DNA from: Candidatus Puniceispirillum sp. | GTDB taxonomy: Bacteria; Electryoneota; RPQS01; DYHQ01 | DNA length: 64,000 nt | NCBI GenBank assembly: GCA_020724065.1 | Contig: DYHQ01000001.1 | Coordinates: forward strand, 26,782-90,781 | Reading direction: 5' to 3' | Shown here: positions 9,438 to 18,908 of the stretch, in pieces | How the letters are laid out: every line of letters starts with the position of its first letter | Numbering within the stretch: the first letter of the stretch is position 1 | The notes under the pieces: generated by a model | The model's input: only the letters and a program-made list of their open reading frames with translations | Databases searched by the model: none | Told to the model about the DNA's origin: nothing | Program-made: the position numbers and the translations under genes

Positions 9438-10286
9438 ATGGCTTTTGATTATGCGCCCTATATGCGAATGTCCAAATTGCCTCACCTTTGGTGTCCGGGC
9501 TGCGGCATTGGCATTGTTGTGAAGAGTTTGATTCGCGCGATTGACCGCCTTGGCTGGTCGAAAGACGACATCGCCGTCGTCTCCGGTATCGGTTGCACAT
9601 CGCGGGCGCCCGGTTATTTGGATATGAATACGCTGCACACGACGCATGGGCGGGCCATTTCGTTTGCCACGGGCATTAAGCTCGTGCGGCCGGACAAGCA
9701 TGTCATCGTGATTGCGGGCGACGGAGATATGGTCGCCATCGGGGGCAATCATTTCATTCACGCGTGCCGCCGGAATATTGACATCACCTGCATTATCAAC
9801 AACAACAATATCTATGGCATGACCGGCGGGCAATACTCGCCCACTACGCCTCATGGAGCGAAAGCGGCCACGGCGCCCTGGGGGAATATGGAGCCATGCT
9901 TTGATTTGACGAAATTGGCTATGGGAGCTGGAGCAACCTATGTGGCTCGTGGTCAGGTGGGCAATGGGGTGCAATTGGAGCGCCTTATTCGCGACGGGCT
10001 TGATCATCATGGCTTTGCGGTCATCGAGGCTCTGTCGAATTGCCACACGCAGTTCGGGCGCCGAAACAAGTTGCCTGATCCTATGCAGCTTATCAAGCAC
10101 ATTCAGGATAAGACTGTGCCGAAGTCGAAGGCAGAGAAAATGGATTCGGCGGAACTGGCAGGCAAATTCGTGGTTGGGGAACTTTTCCGAGATACCGACC
10201 GCCCTGAATTCTGCGATGAATATGCGAAGTTGCAGCAGCGAGCGCAAGCGGCCAGCAAGAAGAAAACGGCAGTGCCTGTGGCGTGA
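9438..10286 (+). CDS. korB: 2-oxoacid:ferredoxin oxidoreductase beta subunit (TPP-binding)
   Basis: Has WCPGCGIG and the TPP-binding GDGDMVAIGGNHFIHA. Length is 282 aa. Confidence 0.85.
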   Translation: MAFDYAPYMRMSKLPHLWCPGCGIGIVVKSLIRAIDRLGWSKDDIAVVSGIGCTSRAPGYLDMNTLHTTHGRAISFATGIKLVRPDKHVIVIAGDGDMVAIGGNHFIHACRRNIDITCIINNNNIYGMTGGQYSPTTPHGAKAATAPWGNMEPCFDLTKLAMGAGATYVARGQVGNGVQLERLIRDGLDHHGFAVIEALSNCHTQFGRRNKLPDPMQLIKHIQDKTVPKSKAEKMDSAELAGKFVVGELFRDTDRPEFCDEYAKLQQRAQAASKKKTAVPVA

Positions 10287-10329
10287 GGCCACTCAGGTCT
10301 TTGCCCAAGAAGGGAAGGCAACATAGCGA

Positions 10330-10884
10330 ATGTCGAATCGGTTTGAAGTGAGGCTTTCGGCGGTTGGAGGCCAAGGCGTCATCTTGGCGGGAGACCTGTT
10401 GGCACACGCGGCCTATGAGGAGGGGAAGTTTTCTGTTCAGAGTCCGACCTACACCGCTCAAGTGCGTGGAGGACCGACCAAGATTGATGTGATCATAGAC
10501 ACGGAGAAAATCCTCTATCCACGAACGACGGCCATTGATTTCTTCCTGAGCTTGGCGCAGCGCTCCTTTGATGCTTTTGCGGTCGGCTTGAAACCGGACT
10601 GCACGATTCTCGTGGACCCGAATCTCGTGCATGACTGCAAAGGCCGTGCGAATGTCTTCAGGATTCCGATTATTGAGCTGACGCGCACGAAATTGGGACG
10701 AATGGTCTATACTTCCGTCGTGGCTTTGGGAGCGATGGTCGAGTTGACGGGGGTGGTGAAGCATGAGACCATTCGAAAAGTCGTTGAGGAGCATGCTCCC
10801 CCCGGTACAGAAACGCAGAATCTAAAGGCGCTGGATGTCGGATTCGCTGCGGCGGCGGCAGTGAAGGCCGAGGTCAGCCGCTGA
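10330..10884 (+). CDS. 2-oxoacid:ferredoxin oxidoreductase gamma subunit
   Basis: 184 aa with the POR/KOR gamma-domain pattern (VRLSAVGGQGVILAGDLLAHAA). Confidence 0.75.
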   Translation: MSNRFEVRLSAVGGQGVILAGDLLAHAAYEEGKFSVQSPTYTAQVRGGPTKIDVIIDTEKILYPRTTAIDFFLSLAQRSFDAFAVGLKPDCTILVDPNLVHDCKGRANVFRIPIIELTRTKLGRMVYTSVVALGAMVELTGVVKHETIRKVVEEHAPPGTETQNLKALDVGFAAAAAVKAEVSR

Positions 10885-10920
10885 AGAAGTAGTTCGCACT
10901 TTTGGGGTGAAGAAGCGGAA

Positions 10921-11322
10921 ATGGAAAAAACCTTGATGATCATCAAGCCCGATGCCGTCAAAGCGCGGCATATTGGGCATATTATCTCGCGGGTGGAGGC
11001 GGAGCATCTTGAAATCACCGGCTTGTGCTGCTTGCATCTGACTCGCGAGCAAGCGGAAGAGTTCTATGCGATTCATCGGGAGCGCCCTTTCTTTGAAGGT
11101 TTGATACGCTACATCACTTCCGGTCCGGTCGTCGTGGGACGGCTGGAATGCGAGGGAGCGGTCGAGCATTGGCGGAAGGTGATTGGCGCGACGGATCCGA
11201 AGAAGTCGGCGCCCGGAACGCTTCGGGCTCTGTACGGAATAGATATTGAGCGAAACGCGGTCCATGGATCCGACTCCGTGGAAAATGGAATTGTGGAGTC
11301 GCGGTTTTTTTTCCCTGAGTGA
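10921..11322 (+). CDS. ndk: Nucleoside diphosphate kinase
   Basis: The whole protein matches the family (KTLMIIKPDAV...YAIHRERPFF...NAVHGSD). Length is 133 aa. Confidence 0.9.
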   Translation: MEKTLMIIKPDAVKARHIGHIISRVEAEHLEITGLCCLHLTREQAEEFYAIHRERPFFEGLIRYITSGPVVVGRLECEGAVEHWRKVIGATDPKKSAPGTLRALYGIDIERNAVHGSDSVENGIVESRFFFPE

Positions 11323-12284
11323 CGGGAAGAGAGGCTATGCCTGAAGTAAGAGAAAAATCGCTGAAAGACGAAATCGAGATGGACCTCGCATCCGCGAGGT
11401 CATCGTCTGATATGGCCATTGCGCGCATCGCCATTGTTGGCGGCGGTGTCATGGGTCGCGGGATTGCTCAAGTCGCTGCCCAAAAAGGGATTGATGTCGT
11501 CTTGGTCGAGCGAGACGAACAAGGATTGCAGGCGAGCCTGGCCGCACTGGGCGAGACTTTGGACCAAGAAATCGCTCGTTGGGGGATTACCCGCAGCGAC
11601 AAGCGAGCCATTCTCTCTCGAATCACCGGCAAGGTGAACCTGGAGGATGTGGGGGATGTGCAGCTTGTCGTGGAGGCGGTCCCGGATGACCTCGGATTGA
11701 AGATGGCACTGTTTGTTCATTTCGATGAGCTTTGGGATGACCCCGTTGTTTTCATTTCGAATACTTCCGCGCTGTCGGTGACAGAAATTGCGCAAGCGAC
11801 GCGGCATCCTGAGCGGGTTATCGGTATGCACTTCCTGAATCCCGTTTCGCGGACGCCTCTGGTCGAAGTCGTGCGTGCGCTGAAGACTTCCGACGCCACC
11901 TACGCTCGCGTAAAGCGTTTCGCCGAAATGCTGGACAAAACCGTCGTGGAAGTTTTCGAATCTCCGGGCTACATCTCGACGCGCATTATTGTCCCGACGC
12001 TCAACGAAGCGATGTACGCTCTCATGGAAGGAGTGGCCAGCGCCGATGGCATTGATACGGCGATGAGGCTCGGTTACGGTTTTGACAAGGGACCTTTGGC
12101 CTTGGCCGATATGATTGGTTTGGATACTTGCATGGGTTGGATGGAAGCTCTCTTCCGCGAATTAGGTGATGTGAAATATCGCCCGTGTCCACTGCTGCGT
12201 AAGCTCGTCCGAGCTGGCCGGCTTGGAACCAAAACCGGAGAGGGCTTTTTCAAGTATGACCACGAAGGCAGGCGTATTGGATGA
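11319..12284 (+). CDS. 3-hydroxyacyl-CoA / 3-hydroxybutyryl-CoA dehydrogenase (NAD-binding)
   Basis: Has the Rossmann motif IAIVGGGVMGRGIA and a C-terminal 3HCDH dimerisation domain. The start overlaps the ndk stop (ATGA). An alternative start is the ATG at 11412. Confidence 0.8.
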   Translation: MTGREAMPEVREKSLKDEIEMDLASARSSSDMAIARIAIVGGGVMGRGIAQVAAQKGIDVVLVERDEQGLQASLAALGETLDQEIARWGITRSDKRAILSRITGKVNLEDVGDVQLVVEAVPDDLGLKMALFVHFDELWDDPVVFISNTSALSVTEIAQATRHPERVIGMHFLNPVSRTPLVEVVRALKTSDATYARVKRFAEMLDKTVVEVFESPGYISTRIIVPTLNEAMYALMEGVASADGIDTAMRLGYGFDKGPLALADMIGLDTCMGWMEALFRELGDVKYRPCPLLRKLVRAGRLGTKTGEGFFKYDHEGRRIG

Positions 12285-13531
12285 TCGTTCTCGTCCTTAA
12301 TTGCGGCAGTTCCTCCGTCAAGTATCAACTGATTGAGTTTCGTGATGGCGCGTCGCAGGTGCGCGCCAAAGGCTCTGTGGAGCGCATTGGGATGCGCGGC
12401 GCTATTCTGAACCACTTCCGCGAGGACGGTGACCGCGTGAAGCTGGCCGGTGAAATCCTGGACCATCAAGTTGCGATTGAATATATCTTAGCGATTCTCC
12501 TCTCCAAGAATCATGGGGTCATTCGAGCTCATAGCGACATTGCGGCCGTAGGGCATCGAGTCGTGCACGGAGGTGAAGCTCTCACCGAATCGGTTCTCAT
12601 TGACGCGGCGGTCATGGAAAAGCTACGCGAATGTATTGAGCTGGCTCCGTTGCACAATCCGCATAACATCAAGGGTATCGAGGCTTGCCGTCGTCTTCTG
12701 CCTGGCGTGCCGCAGGTGGCAGTCTTCGACACGGCTTTTCATCATACGATTCCCGATTACGCTTTTCTCTACGCCTTGCCTCACGTTCTGTATCGGCGTT
12801 ACGGGCTGCGGCGCTACGGATTTCACGGTACTTCGCACGCCTATGTTTCGCGCCGTGCGGCACGGTTCGTCGGACAACCCATCGAGAGCCTGAAAATCAT
12901 CACTTGCCACTTGGGGAATGGTTGCTCCATTACCGCGGTGCAGAACGGGCTCTCCGTGGATACATCCATGGGATTCACGCCGGTGGAAGGGCTCGTCATG
13001 GGCACGCGCACGGGTGATTTGGACCCGTCGGCGATTCTCCATATTATGGGCCGCGAGGAACTCACTTCAGCGGAGGCCAATGCTCTTCTGAACAAGCATA
13101 GCGGCTTGGCCGGAATCTCCGGAATCTCATCGGATATGCGCGAGATATGGGAACAAACGGAAAGGGGGAATGAGCGCGCTCGGCTGGCTCTAAATGTCTT
13201 CTGCTATCGGCTGAAGAAGTACATTGCGGCTTACGCCGGAGTGTTGGGCGGATTGGACATTCTTGTCTTTACCGGCGGCATTGGTGAGAACGCGTATTAT
13301 GTGAGAGAAATGTGTCTGGACACTTTGGGCTTCTTGGGTATCGAGATAGACCTTGCCAAGAATCGGCAGCCTCTGCAGGGAGACACGGCGATTAGCACGG
13401 CTCAGTCGGCCGTGAAAGTCTTGGTCATTCCAACGAATGAAGAGCTGGTCATTGCGGATGACACGCGCCGTATTGTTGAGGAGAAAGAGACTCAGTCTAC
13501 GCTGGGACCCGTGGCGGCGAAGACTTCTTGA
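12281..13531 (+). CDS. ackA: Acetate kinase
   Basis: N-terminus is MIVLVLNCGSSSVKYQL. Has HLGNGCSI and the ASKHG fold. Length is 416 aa. Confidence 0.85.
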   Translation: MIVLVLNCGSSSVKYQLIEFRDGASQVRAKGSVERIGMRGAILNHFREDGDRVKLAGEILDHQVAIEYILAILLSKNHGVIRAHSDIAAVGHRVVHGGEALTESVLIDAAVMEKLRECIELAPLHNPHNIKGIEACRRLLPGVPQVAVFDTAFHHTIPDYAFLYALPHVLYRRYGLRRYGFHGTSHAYVSRRAARFVGQPIESLKIITCHLGNGCSITAVQNGLSVDTSMGFTPVEGLVMGTRTGDLDPSAILHIMGREELTSAEANALLNKHSGLAGISGISSDMREIWEQTERGNERARLALNVFCYRLKKYIAAYAGVLGGLDILVFTGGIGENAYYVREMCLDTLGFLGIEIDLAKNRQPLQGDTAISTAQSAVKVLVIPTNEELVIADDTRRIVEEKETQSTLGPVAAKTS

Positions 13532-13537
13532 GCCGGA

Positions 13538-14431
13538 ATGGCCGGTACAGAAGAACAGGTTTGGAATAGAAACGAACTCATGCACCGAATTGTCTCTCAC
13601 AAACTCCTGGCTCCGGCTGCCCATGATATGATGGTGGACGCGCCGCTGATTGCGCGGAAGCGCAAGGCCGGCCAATTTGTTATTGTCCGCATGCGAGAGC
13701 TTTCCGAGCGTATTCCTCTTACCATTGCTGGGGGTGACCCTATCGCTGGCACGATTCGGCTGATTTACCAGGAGGCGGGGAAATCCACGATGGAAATGGG
13801 GCTGATGAAAGAGGGTGAGTTTTTGTCCGATGTCGTCGGACCTCTGGGCAAGCCCACTCACATTGAGAAATTTGGCACGGTCGTATGTATGGGAGGGGGC
13901 ATTGGAACCGGCGAAATTCTGCCGGTGGCGCAAGCCTGCGCTTTGGCGGGCAATCGCGTTATCTCAATCGTCGGCGCTCGGACGAAGGAACTCCTCATCG
14001 TCCTCGACGATGTGCGCGAGACTTCGGCTGAACTTCTTATTTCAACCGATGACGGTTCTTTTGGATTTCATGGTTTCGTGACGAATCTCCTACAGCAACT
14101 TGTTGATCGGGGCGAGAAACTGGACAAGGTTTTCGCTGTGGGTCCCGTGCCGATGATGCGCGCTGCGTGCAACATGACAAGAAAATATTCCATACCCACC
14201 GAAGTGTCGCTCAATCCGATTATGGTGGACGGCACCGGCATGTGTGGGGCGTGTCGAGTCACCGTCGGAGGTCGGACGCAATTCGTTTGCGTTGATGGCC
14301 CGGATTTTGATGGTCATCAGGTGGATTTCGATGAATTGACCAAGAGACTGCAGGCCTATCGGACTCTCGAGAAGGAAGCGATCGAATACTGGGAGAAGCA
14401 CCGATGTCTCTTGGAGGAGAGTCACTCATGA
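13538..14431 (+). CDS. nfnA: Ferredoxin-NADP+ oxidoreductase small subunit (NfnA / SudB / PyrK-like FAD and [2Fe-2S] protein)
   Basis: Has a PyrK-like FAD/NAD-binding fold and the C-terminal cluster CGACRV..CVDGPDF. It is paired with a GltD-like subunit downstream. Confidence 0.7.
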   Translation: MAGTEEQVWNRNELMHRIVSHKLLAPAAHDMMVDAPLIARKRKAGQFVIVRMRELSERIPLTIAGGDPIAGTIRLIYQEAGKSTMEMGLMKEGEFLSDVVGPLGKPTHIEKFGTVVCMGGGIGTGEILPVAQACALAGNRVISIVGARTKELLIVLDDVRETSAELLISTDDGSFGFHGFVTNLLQQLVDRGEKLDKVFAVGPVPMMRAACNMTRKYSIPTEVSLNPIMVDGTGMCGACRVTVGGRTQFVCVDGPDFDGHQVDFDELTKRLQAYRTLEKEAIEYWEKHRCLLEESHS

Positions 14432-15879
14432 GCGCGACTCCCTCTCTGAAGCCAGATCTCCCTGCAAAGACGCCGAAGGTTCCGCGGCAGCCCATGCCGG
14501 AGCAATCGCCCGATGAGCGCAGGCACAATTTCCGGGAAGTGCCCTATGGCTACCCGCCGGAAATTGCGGTTGTCGAGGCGATGCGATGCATTCAGTGCAA
14601 GAAGCCTCGATGCGTTGCGGGCTGCCCTGTTGAGATTGACATTCCCGGATTCATCAAGTTGATTGCTGAGGGAGACTTTGCGGCTTCCGCTCGCAAGCTC
14701 AAAGAGGCGAATGCTCTGCCAGCAATCTGCGGTCGAGTCTGTCCCCAAGAAGACCAATGCGAGAAGGTCTGCGTGATAGGCATCAAAGGCGAACCCGTGG
14801 CTATCGGGCGCTTAGAAAGATTTGCGGCAGACTGGGAACGCGAACATGGACTGGTAGAGGTTCCGGAGCTGGCCCCTGCAACGGGCAAGAAGATTGCGAT
14901 TGTCGGGTCGGGGCCTGCGGGGCTGACGGTGGCGGGAGATTTGGCGAAATGGGGACACTCGGTCACAATCTTCGAGGCACTGCACAAAACGGGAGGCGTT
15001 CTTGTCTATGGAATTCCTGAATTCCGCTTGCCCAAGGCGATTGTGCAGGCCGAAGTGGATTATATTGCCAGCCTGGGTGTAAAGGTTGTGCCGAGTGTCG
15101 TTATCGGGCGCACCATGACCATAGACGACCTCTTTGAGGAGGGCTTTGACGCCGTTTTCATTGGAACGGGCGCTGGCCTGCCCTACTTTCTCGGAGTTCC
15201 GGGCGAGAATCTCAACGGGGTGTTTTCCGCGAACGAATACCTCACACGCTCGAATCTGATGCGTGCCTTTGAGTTTCCTCGAGCGGACACACCCATTGCA
15301 CGGTCGCGACGCGTGTGCGTCTTGGGCGGCGGCAATGTGGCGATGGATGCGGCTCGCACTGCCCTTCGTTTGGGAGCGGAGAAAGTCGCCGTCGTTTACA
15401 GGCGGTCGCGCACTGAAATGCCGGCGCGTATCGAAGAGATTCATCATGCCGAGGAGGAGGGAATTGAACTCCAATTCCTGACCAATCCCACGAAGATCCT
15501 CGGCAATGACGACGGGTGGGTGAGAGCGATGGAGTGTTTGCGCTACGAGCTTGGGGAACCGGATGCCTCGGGGAGGCGGAAGCCTGTGCCAATTCCGGGC
15601 ACGGAATTTGAAATTGAGTGCGACACGGTGATCGTCGCCATCGGCAACGGCGCAAATCCCCTGTTGCCGGCAGCGACGCCGGGTCTGAAAACCAATCGGT
15701 GGGGAAATATCACCGCAGATGCGGAAACGGGAAAAACTTCCCATCGCGGCGTATGGGCGGGCGGCGATATTGTGATCGGGGCCGCCACAGTCATTCTTGC
15801 GATGGGGGCGGGCAGACAAGCCGCGCGTTCCATTCACAATTATGTCCTGGGCATAGATACCTCATGGCCTTCCGAATGA
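14428..15879 (+). CDS. nfnB: NADPH-dependent glutamate synthase small-chain-like subunit (NfnB / SudA)
   Basis: Has an N-terminal 2x[4Fe-4S] region (CIQCKKPRCVAGCP and CGRVCPQEDQCEKVC), an FAD motif (IAIVGSGPAGL) and an NAD motif (VLGGGNVAMD). The start was moved to the ATG at 14428, which has a GGAGGAG ribosome-binding site and overlaps the nfnA stop. Confidence 0.75.
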   Translation: MSATPSLKPDLPAKTPKVPRQPMPEQSPDERRHNFREVPYGYPPEIAVVEAMRCIQCKKPRCVAGCPVEIDIPGFIKLIAEGDFAASARKLKEANALPAICGRVCPQEDQCEKVCVIGIKGEPVAIGRLERFAADWEREHGLVEVPELAPATGKKIAIVGSGPAGLTVAGDLAKWGHSVTIFEALHKTGGVLVYGIPEFRLPKAIVQAEVDYIASLGVKVVPSVVIGRTMTIDDLFEEGFDAVFIGTGAGLPYFLGVPGENLNGVFSANEYLTRSNLMRAFEFPRADTPIARSRRVCVLGGGNVAMDAARTALRLGAEKVAVVYRRSRTEMPARIEEIHHAEEEGIELQFLTNPTKILGNDDGWVRAMECLRYELGEPDASGRRKPVPIPGTEFEIECDTVIVAIGNGANPLLPAATPGLKTNRWGNITADAETGKTSHRGVWAGGDIVIGAATVILAMGAGRQAARSIHNYVLGIDTSWPSE

Positions 15880-15905
15880 CCTGTTGAACATGTCGCAATG
15901 GAATA

Positions 15906-15937
15906 GAAAAAGAGGCTCCTAACGGAACCTCTTTTTT
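15906..15937. terminator. Bidirectional rho-independent terminator between convergent genes
   Basis: AAAAAGAGGCTCC-taac-GGAACCTCTTTTTT is a near-perfect hairpin flanked by an A-run and a T-run. It sits between nfnB (+) and the lipoprotein gene (-). Confidence 0.45.
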
Positions 15938-15963
15938 CATGCTGTTAAAAGGATATATGTTGC

Positions 15964-17802
15964 CTAATGGGCCAGCATTTCCGTAAGAAGGTGATCCATG
16001 AACGACTGTGCTTGCTCCTGATAAGCAAAGTAGAAAGGAAAGCCAAAGACAGCGACGCTGTAAACAGGCCCCAGGTAGACATGGGCACAGTTGCCTCCTT
16101 CAAGCCGCGGGTCATCGGTGGCGGCGTCGAACTTGCCGAGAGTGATTGTCTCGCCCCGGTTGTTGAAAATCCAGCACCTGTCCAGTGCACCCGCCCAGCT
16201 TGCGGGAACCTTTGCAGGATCAATCGCGACATCCGGATAGCCTGTCACACCCGTAATCCCCTTGCACTCGCGTGGGCTCGTGCCGGCACTTTGTATCGCA
16301 TAGAAGAGCCGCATGTAGGTGTAAACGAAGCGATACGGATTGTCTGATGCGCCGACCGGCCCATAGGAAGCCGAGTCCGGTGGGTAGTTGATGCCAAAAG
16401 GCTCGAACAGATCCCACCCGCTAAAGATTGCCTTCCCTCCTCGATCCAAATATTCCGCAAGTACGACTCGATTACTGAGAATGTTCAAGTTTGCCTTGTC
16501 ATCGGCGTGATAGATCACTAAGGCGTAGTGGTAGAGGTCCAAGGGGGAAAGGTAGCTCACTCCGCCCACTTGGTGGGTGGCATAGTCCAATTGAAGGTGA
16601 GGATGGGTGCCGACCATTGCTTCGTAGAAGTTGTCCACCTGTACGTCATTGGGGCTGCCCGCGCCGCCCGTGCCGTCACGCGTCTCGTCTATGATCAGGA
16701 TGGTGTCTGACTCCATCAATTCGAGGATGAATATTCTGTATGATATCGTGTCACTGACTTCTCCGGCAATATCACGGGCCCTGATGCGGAATGAATACTG
16801 ACTGGCCGGAGCGTCCGAGAGCACAATTTCGGGAGTTTCTTGCCATAGCGTTGGATCGAAGGGTTCGTCGCCGATTGCATAGCTGTAGGTGCTTATTCTT
16901 CCAAAGTAAGCTGCGGCACTCGCACTGAAAGTCAGCTTTGTTTCGCGGTTGGCCTTGTAAAAGACCGAGCCATCCGGATAGAAATCGTCCGCGCCATAGG
17001 TTCCAACGACAACCGTGTCCATCGTAGGTCGAAAGCCTTCAGCGACAGTCAAGCGGAGCGAAATCATGGCCCGCCCGGGGGCCTCGCCGGCATCCTTCAC
17101 GCGGGCATAGATCGTATGTTCGCCAACCGTCAACAGATCCTTGTGCATCAGAGTGGTTTTCGGTGGTGGAACGGTTCTAAGAATCCCGTCAACGACTTTA
17201 CGGAAAAGGATGGTATCGCAGAAGAGGAAAATTGGATTACGGGACCAGGAAGACCATTCCTCGACACTATCATCAATGGCAATCGAGTAGAACAGGGAGG
17301 ACGGATTGGGATCTTCGCCTTCGAGCTCAATTGCGAATCCCCTCCCAACCGTCGCGCTATCGGGGACGCTCGTTGCAGCGAAAGCCACGCTTGGACGCGT
17401 GTTGGAAGCATAGAAAGAGCGACTGGGCGGTGAGGTATCCTGCATCCCCTCATTGTCCACGGCGATTACTTGAATTCGATGGGCCACGATGGTGTCGCCG
17501 GGGGCATAGAAGGCGATAGTATCGTCGTAGGCCGAAGTGAACATGAGCGTATCTATGATCGTGGTGTCCGGCGAGATGATCCTATCTATAATCCAGAAGC
17601 CGGCGATGTCTCCATTCGGGTCGGTGGCCGACCATCTCACATGGACGAAGTGATTGAAAGTATCTTGCTCGGCGGGTAGCAGGATGAGCTGGGTCTTGGG
17701 CGGCTGATTCGGGATGGCGCTTCCCGGATCGCTGACTTCACACCCTGCAATGGCGATCACCAGCAAGCCAAAGAGAGTCAATCGCAAAATATCTTTCCGC
17801 AT
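15964..17802 (-). CDS. Large secreted lipoprotein, function unknown. It is the last gene of the minus-strand T9SS/TonB operon.
   Basis: Has a lipobox signal peptide (MRKDILRLTLFGLLVIAIAGC). No CTD or known catalytic motif was recognised. The start was moved to the Met immediately before the signal peptide. Confidence 0.55.
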   Translation of the reverse strand: MRKDILRLTLFGLLVIAIAGCEVSDPGSAIPNQPPKTQLILLPAEQDTFNHFVHVRWSATDPNGDIAGFWIIDRIISPDTTIIDTLMFTSAYDDTIAFYAPGDTIVAHRIQVIAVDNEGMQDTSPPSRSFYASNTRPSVAFAATSVPDSATVGRGFAIELEGEDPNPSSLFYSIAIDDSVEEWSSWSRNPIFLFCDTILFRKVVDGILRTVPPPKTTLMHKDLLTVGEHTIYARVKDAGEAPGRAMISLRLTVAEGFRPTMDTVVVGTYGADDFYPDGSVFYKANRETKLTFSASAAAYFGRISTYSYAIGDEPFDPTLWQETPEIVLSDAPASQYSFRIRARDIAGEVSDTISYRIFILELMESDTILIIDETRDGTGGAGSPNDVQVDNFYEAMVGTHPHLQLDYATHQVGGVSYLSPLDLYHYALVIYHADDKANLNILSNRVVLAEYLDRGGKAIFSGWDLFEPFGINYPPDSASYGPVGASDNPYRFVYTYMRLFYAIQSAGTSPRECKGITGVTGYPDVAIDPAKVPASWAGALDRCWIFNNRGETITLGKFDAATDDPRLEGGNCAHVYLGPVYSVAVFGFPFYFAYQEQAQSFMDHLLTEMLAH

Positions 17803-17837
17803 TTGAGTAACTCCTTCCGGGAAAAGTGAGCGCCCTT

Positions 17838-18905
17838 CTACCATGCAAATCCAAGCGAAAATCGGTGTGGCTGCATACTGAATTCCTCCACAGCCGCGGT
17901 GATATCGCCAAAATAGGAGTAGGCATAGTCGAAGGTGAGGCGGTAGTCCCTACCCATTGGAATCTTAAGTCCTAAGCCAGCGGAGAAACTTTCGGTATCA
18001 TAGGCGAATTTGCCTCCAAGCCGAAGGGCAAGCACCTTATTCCAAATGTACTCCCCTCCGATATTCAGGCGCTCTCGATTGTCATTGGGGTGATTCATCT
18101 CGACCGAGACAATCGCGTCATGCTTATCTCCGGGGTGTGCTTTCACCATCTCAAAGAGATTGGCTGACACACCCAACCGGAACATCGTGGGCAGCGCTGC
18201 ATCCTCATAGCCACGCTCGAAGAGGCCACCGCTTTTCGTCTGATTCCGATAGTCGAAATAGCTGCCCGAATAGGTGACATTGGGACCCAGGTTCTGTATG
18301 GCCATCCCAATCATCAGAGAGCGCAGACCCGTCTGATAGAGCGTCCCCAAGTCGAGCGACAACCCATTGTAGGTCGAATTCTCGAGTCCCGAGCGGAGGT
18401 AGCGCAAATTCGCTCCAAGGGAAAATCGGTCCGTGAGCAGCCGGGCGTAACTCCCTCCAATGATGAAATCATAGGCATTGAAATTCTCGCCCGTGCCCTC
18501 AGGTCTGTAGTAGGTTCGGACTTTCATGTCGCCCGTGTAGAGATTGATGATATGGAGCGAAGCCGCTTGCACGCCGAATTTGCGGGCAATCACGAAAGTA
18601 TTCAGCTGGATGTCCGCCGGCATGTTGATCTGTCCAAGAACGGCCTCGTAGTGCTCTCCCTTGGCACGCTCCAAATAGACGAGCCCTGCGGGATTCCAGA
18701 AGACGGACGAGGCGTCTCGGCACGCTGCGACTTGAGCATTTCCCATCCCCACGCCTCGCACACCCACGGGAATCTTCAAGACTTGAATGGATGTGGTTCC
18801 TACTTTCTCCAAGGCGGATGCGGGGCAAGTTAGCATCCCAAGCAGGAGCAAGAGCAATACCGGAAAAGCGATCAGGCCTTTCCAATGCGCATTTTGATGG
18901 CTCAT
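17838..18905 (-). CDS. PorV/LptO-family outer-membrane beta-barrel (T9SS cargo shuttle), paralog 1
   Basis: Has a signal peptide and the PorV N-terminal signature (GVRGVGMGNAQVAACRDASSVFWNPAGL). The C-terminal residue is aromatic. It is paralogous to 50129..51175. Confidence 0.65.
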   Translation of the reverse strand: MSHQNAHWKGLIAFPVLLLLLLGMLTCPASALEKVGTTSIQVLKIPVGVRGVGMGNAQVAACRDASSVFWNPAGLVYLERAKGEHYEAVLGQINMPADIQLNTFVIARKFGVQAASLHIINLYTGDMKVRTYYRPEGTGENFNAYDFIIGGSYARLLTDRFSLGANLRYLRSGLENSTYNGLSLDLGTLYQTGLRSLMIGMAIQNLGPNVTYSGSYFDYRNQTKSGGLFERGYEDAALPTMFRLGVSANLFEMVKAHPGDKHDAIVSVEMNHPNDNRERLNIGGEYIWNKVLALRLGGKFAYDTESFSAGLGLKIPMGRDYRLTFDYAYSYFGDITAAVEEFSMQPHRFSLGFAW

Positions 18906-18908
18906 ATC

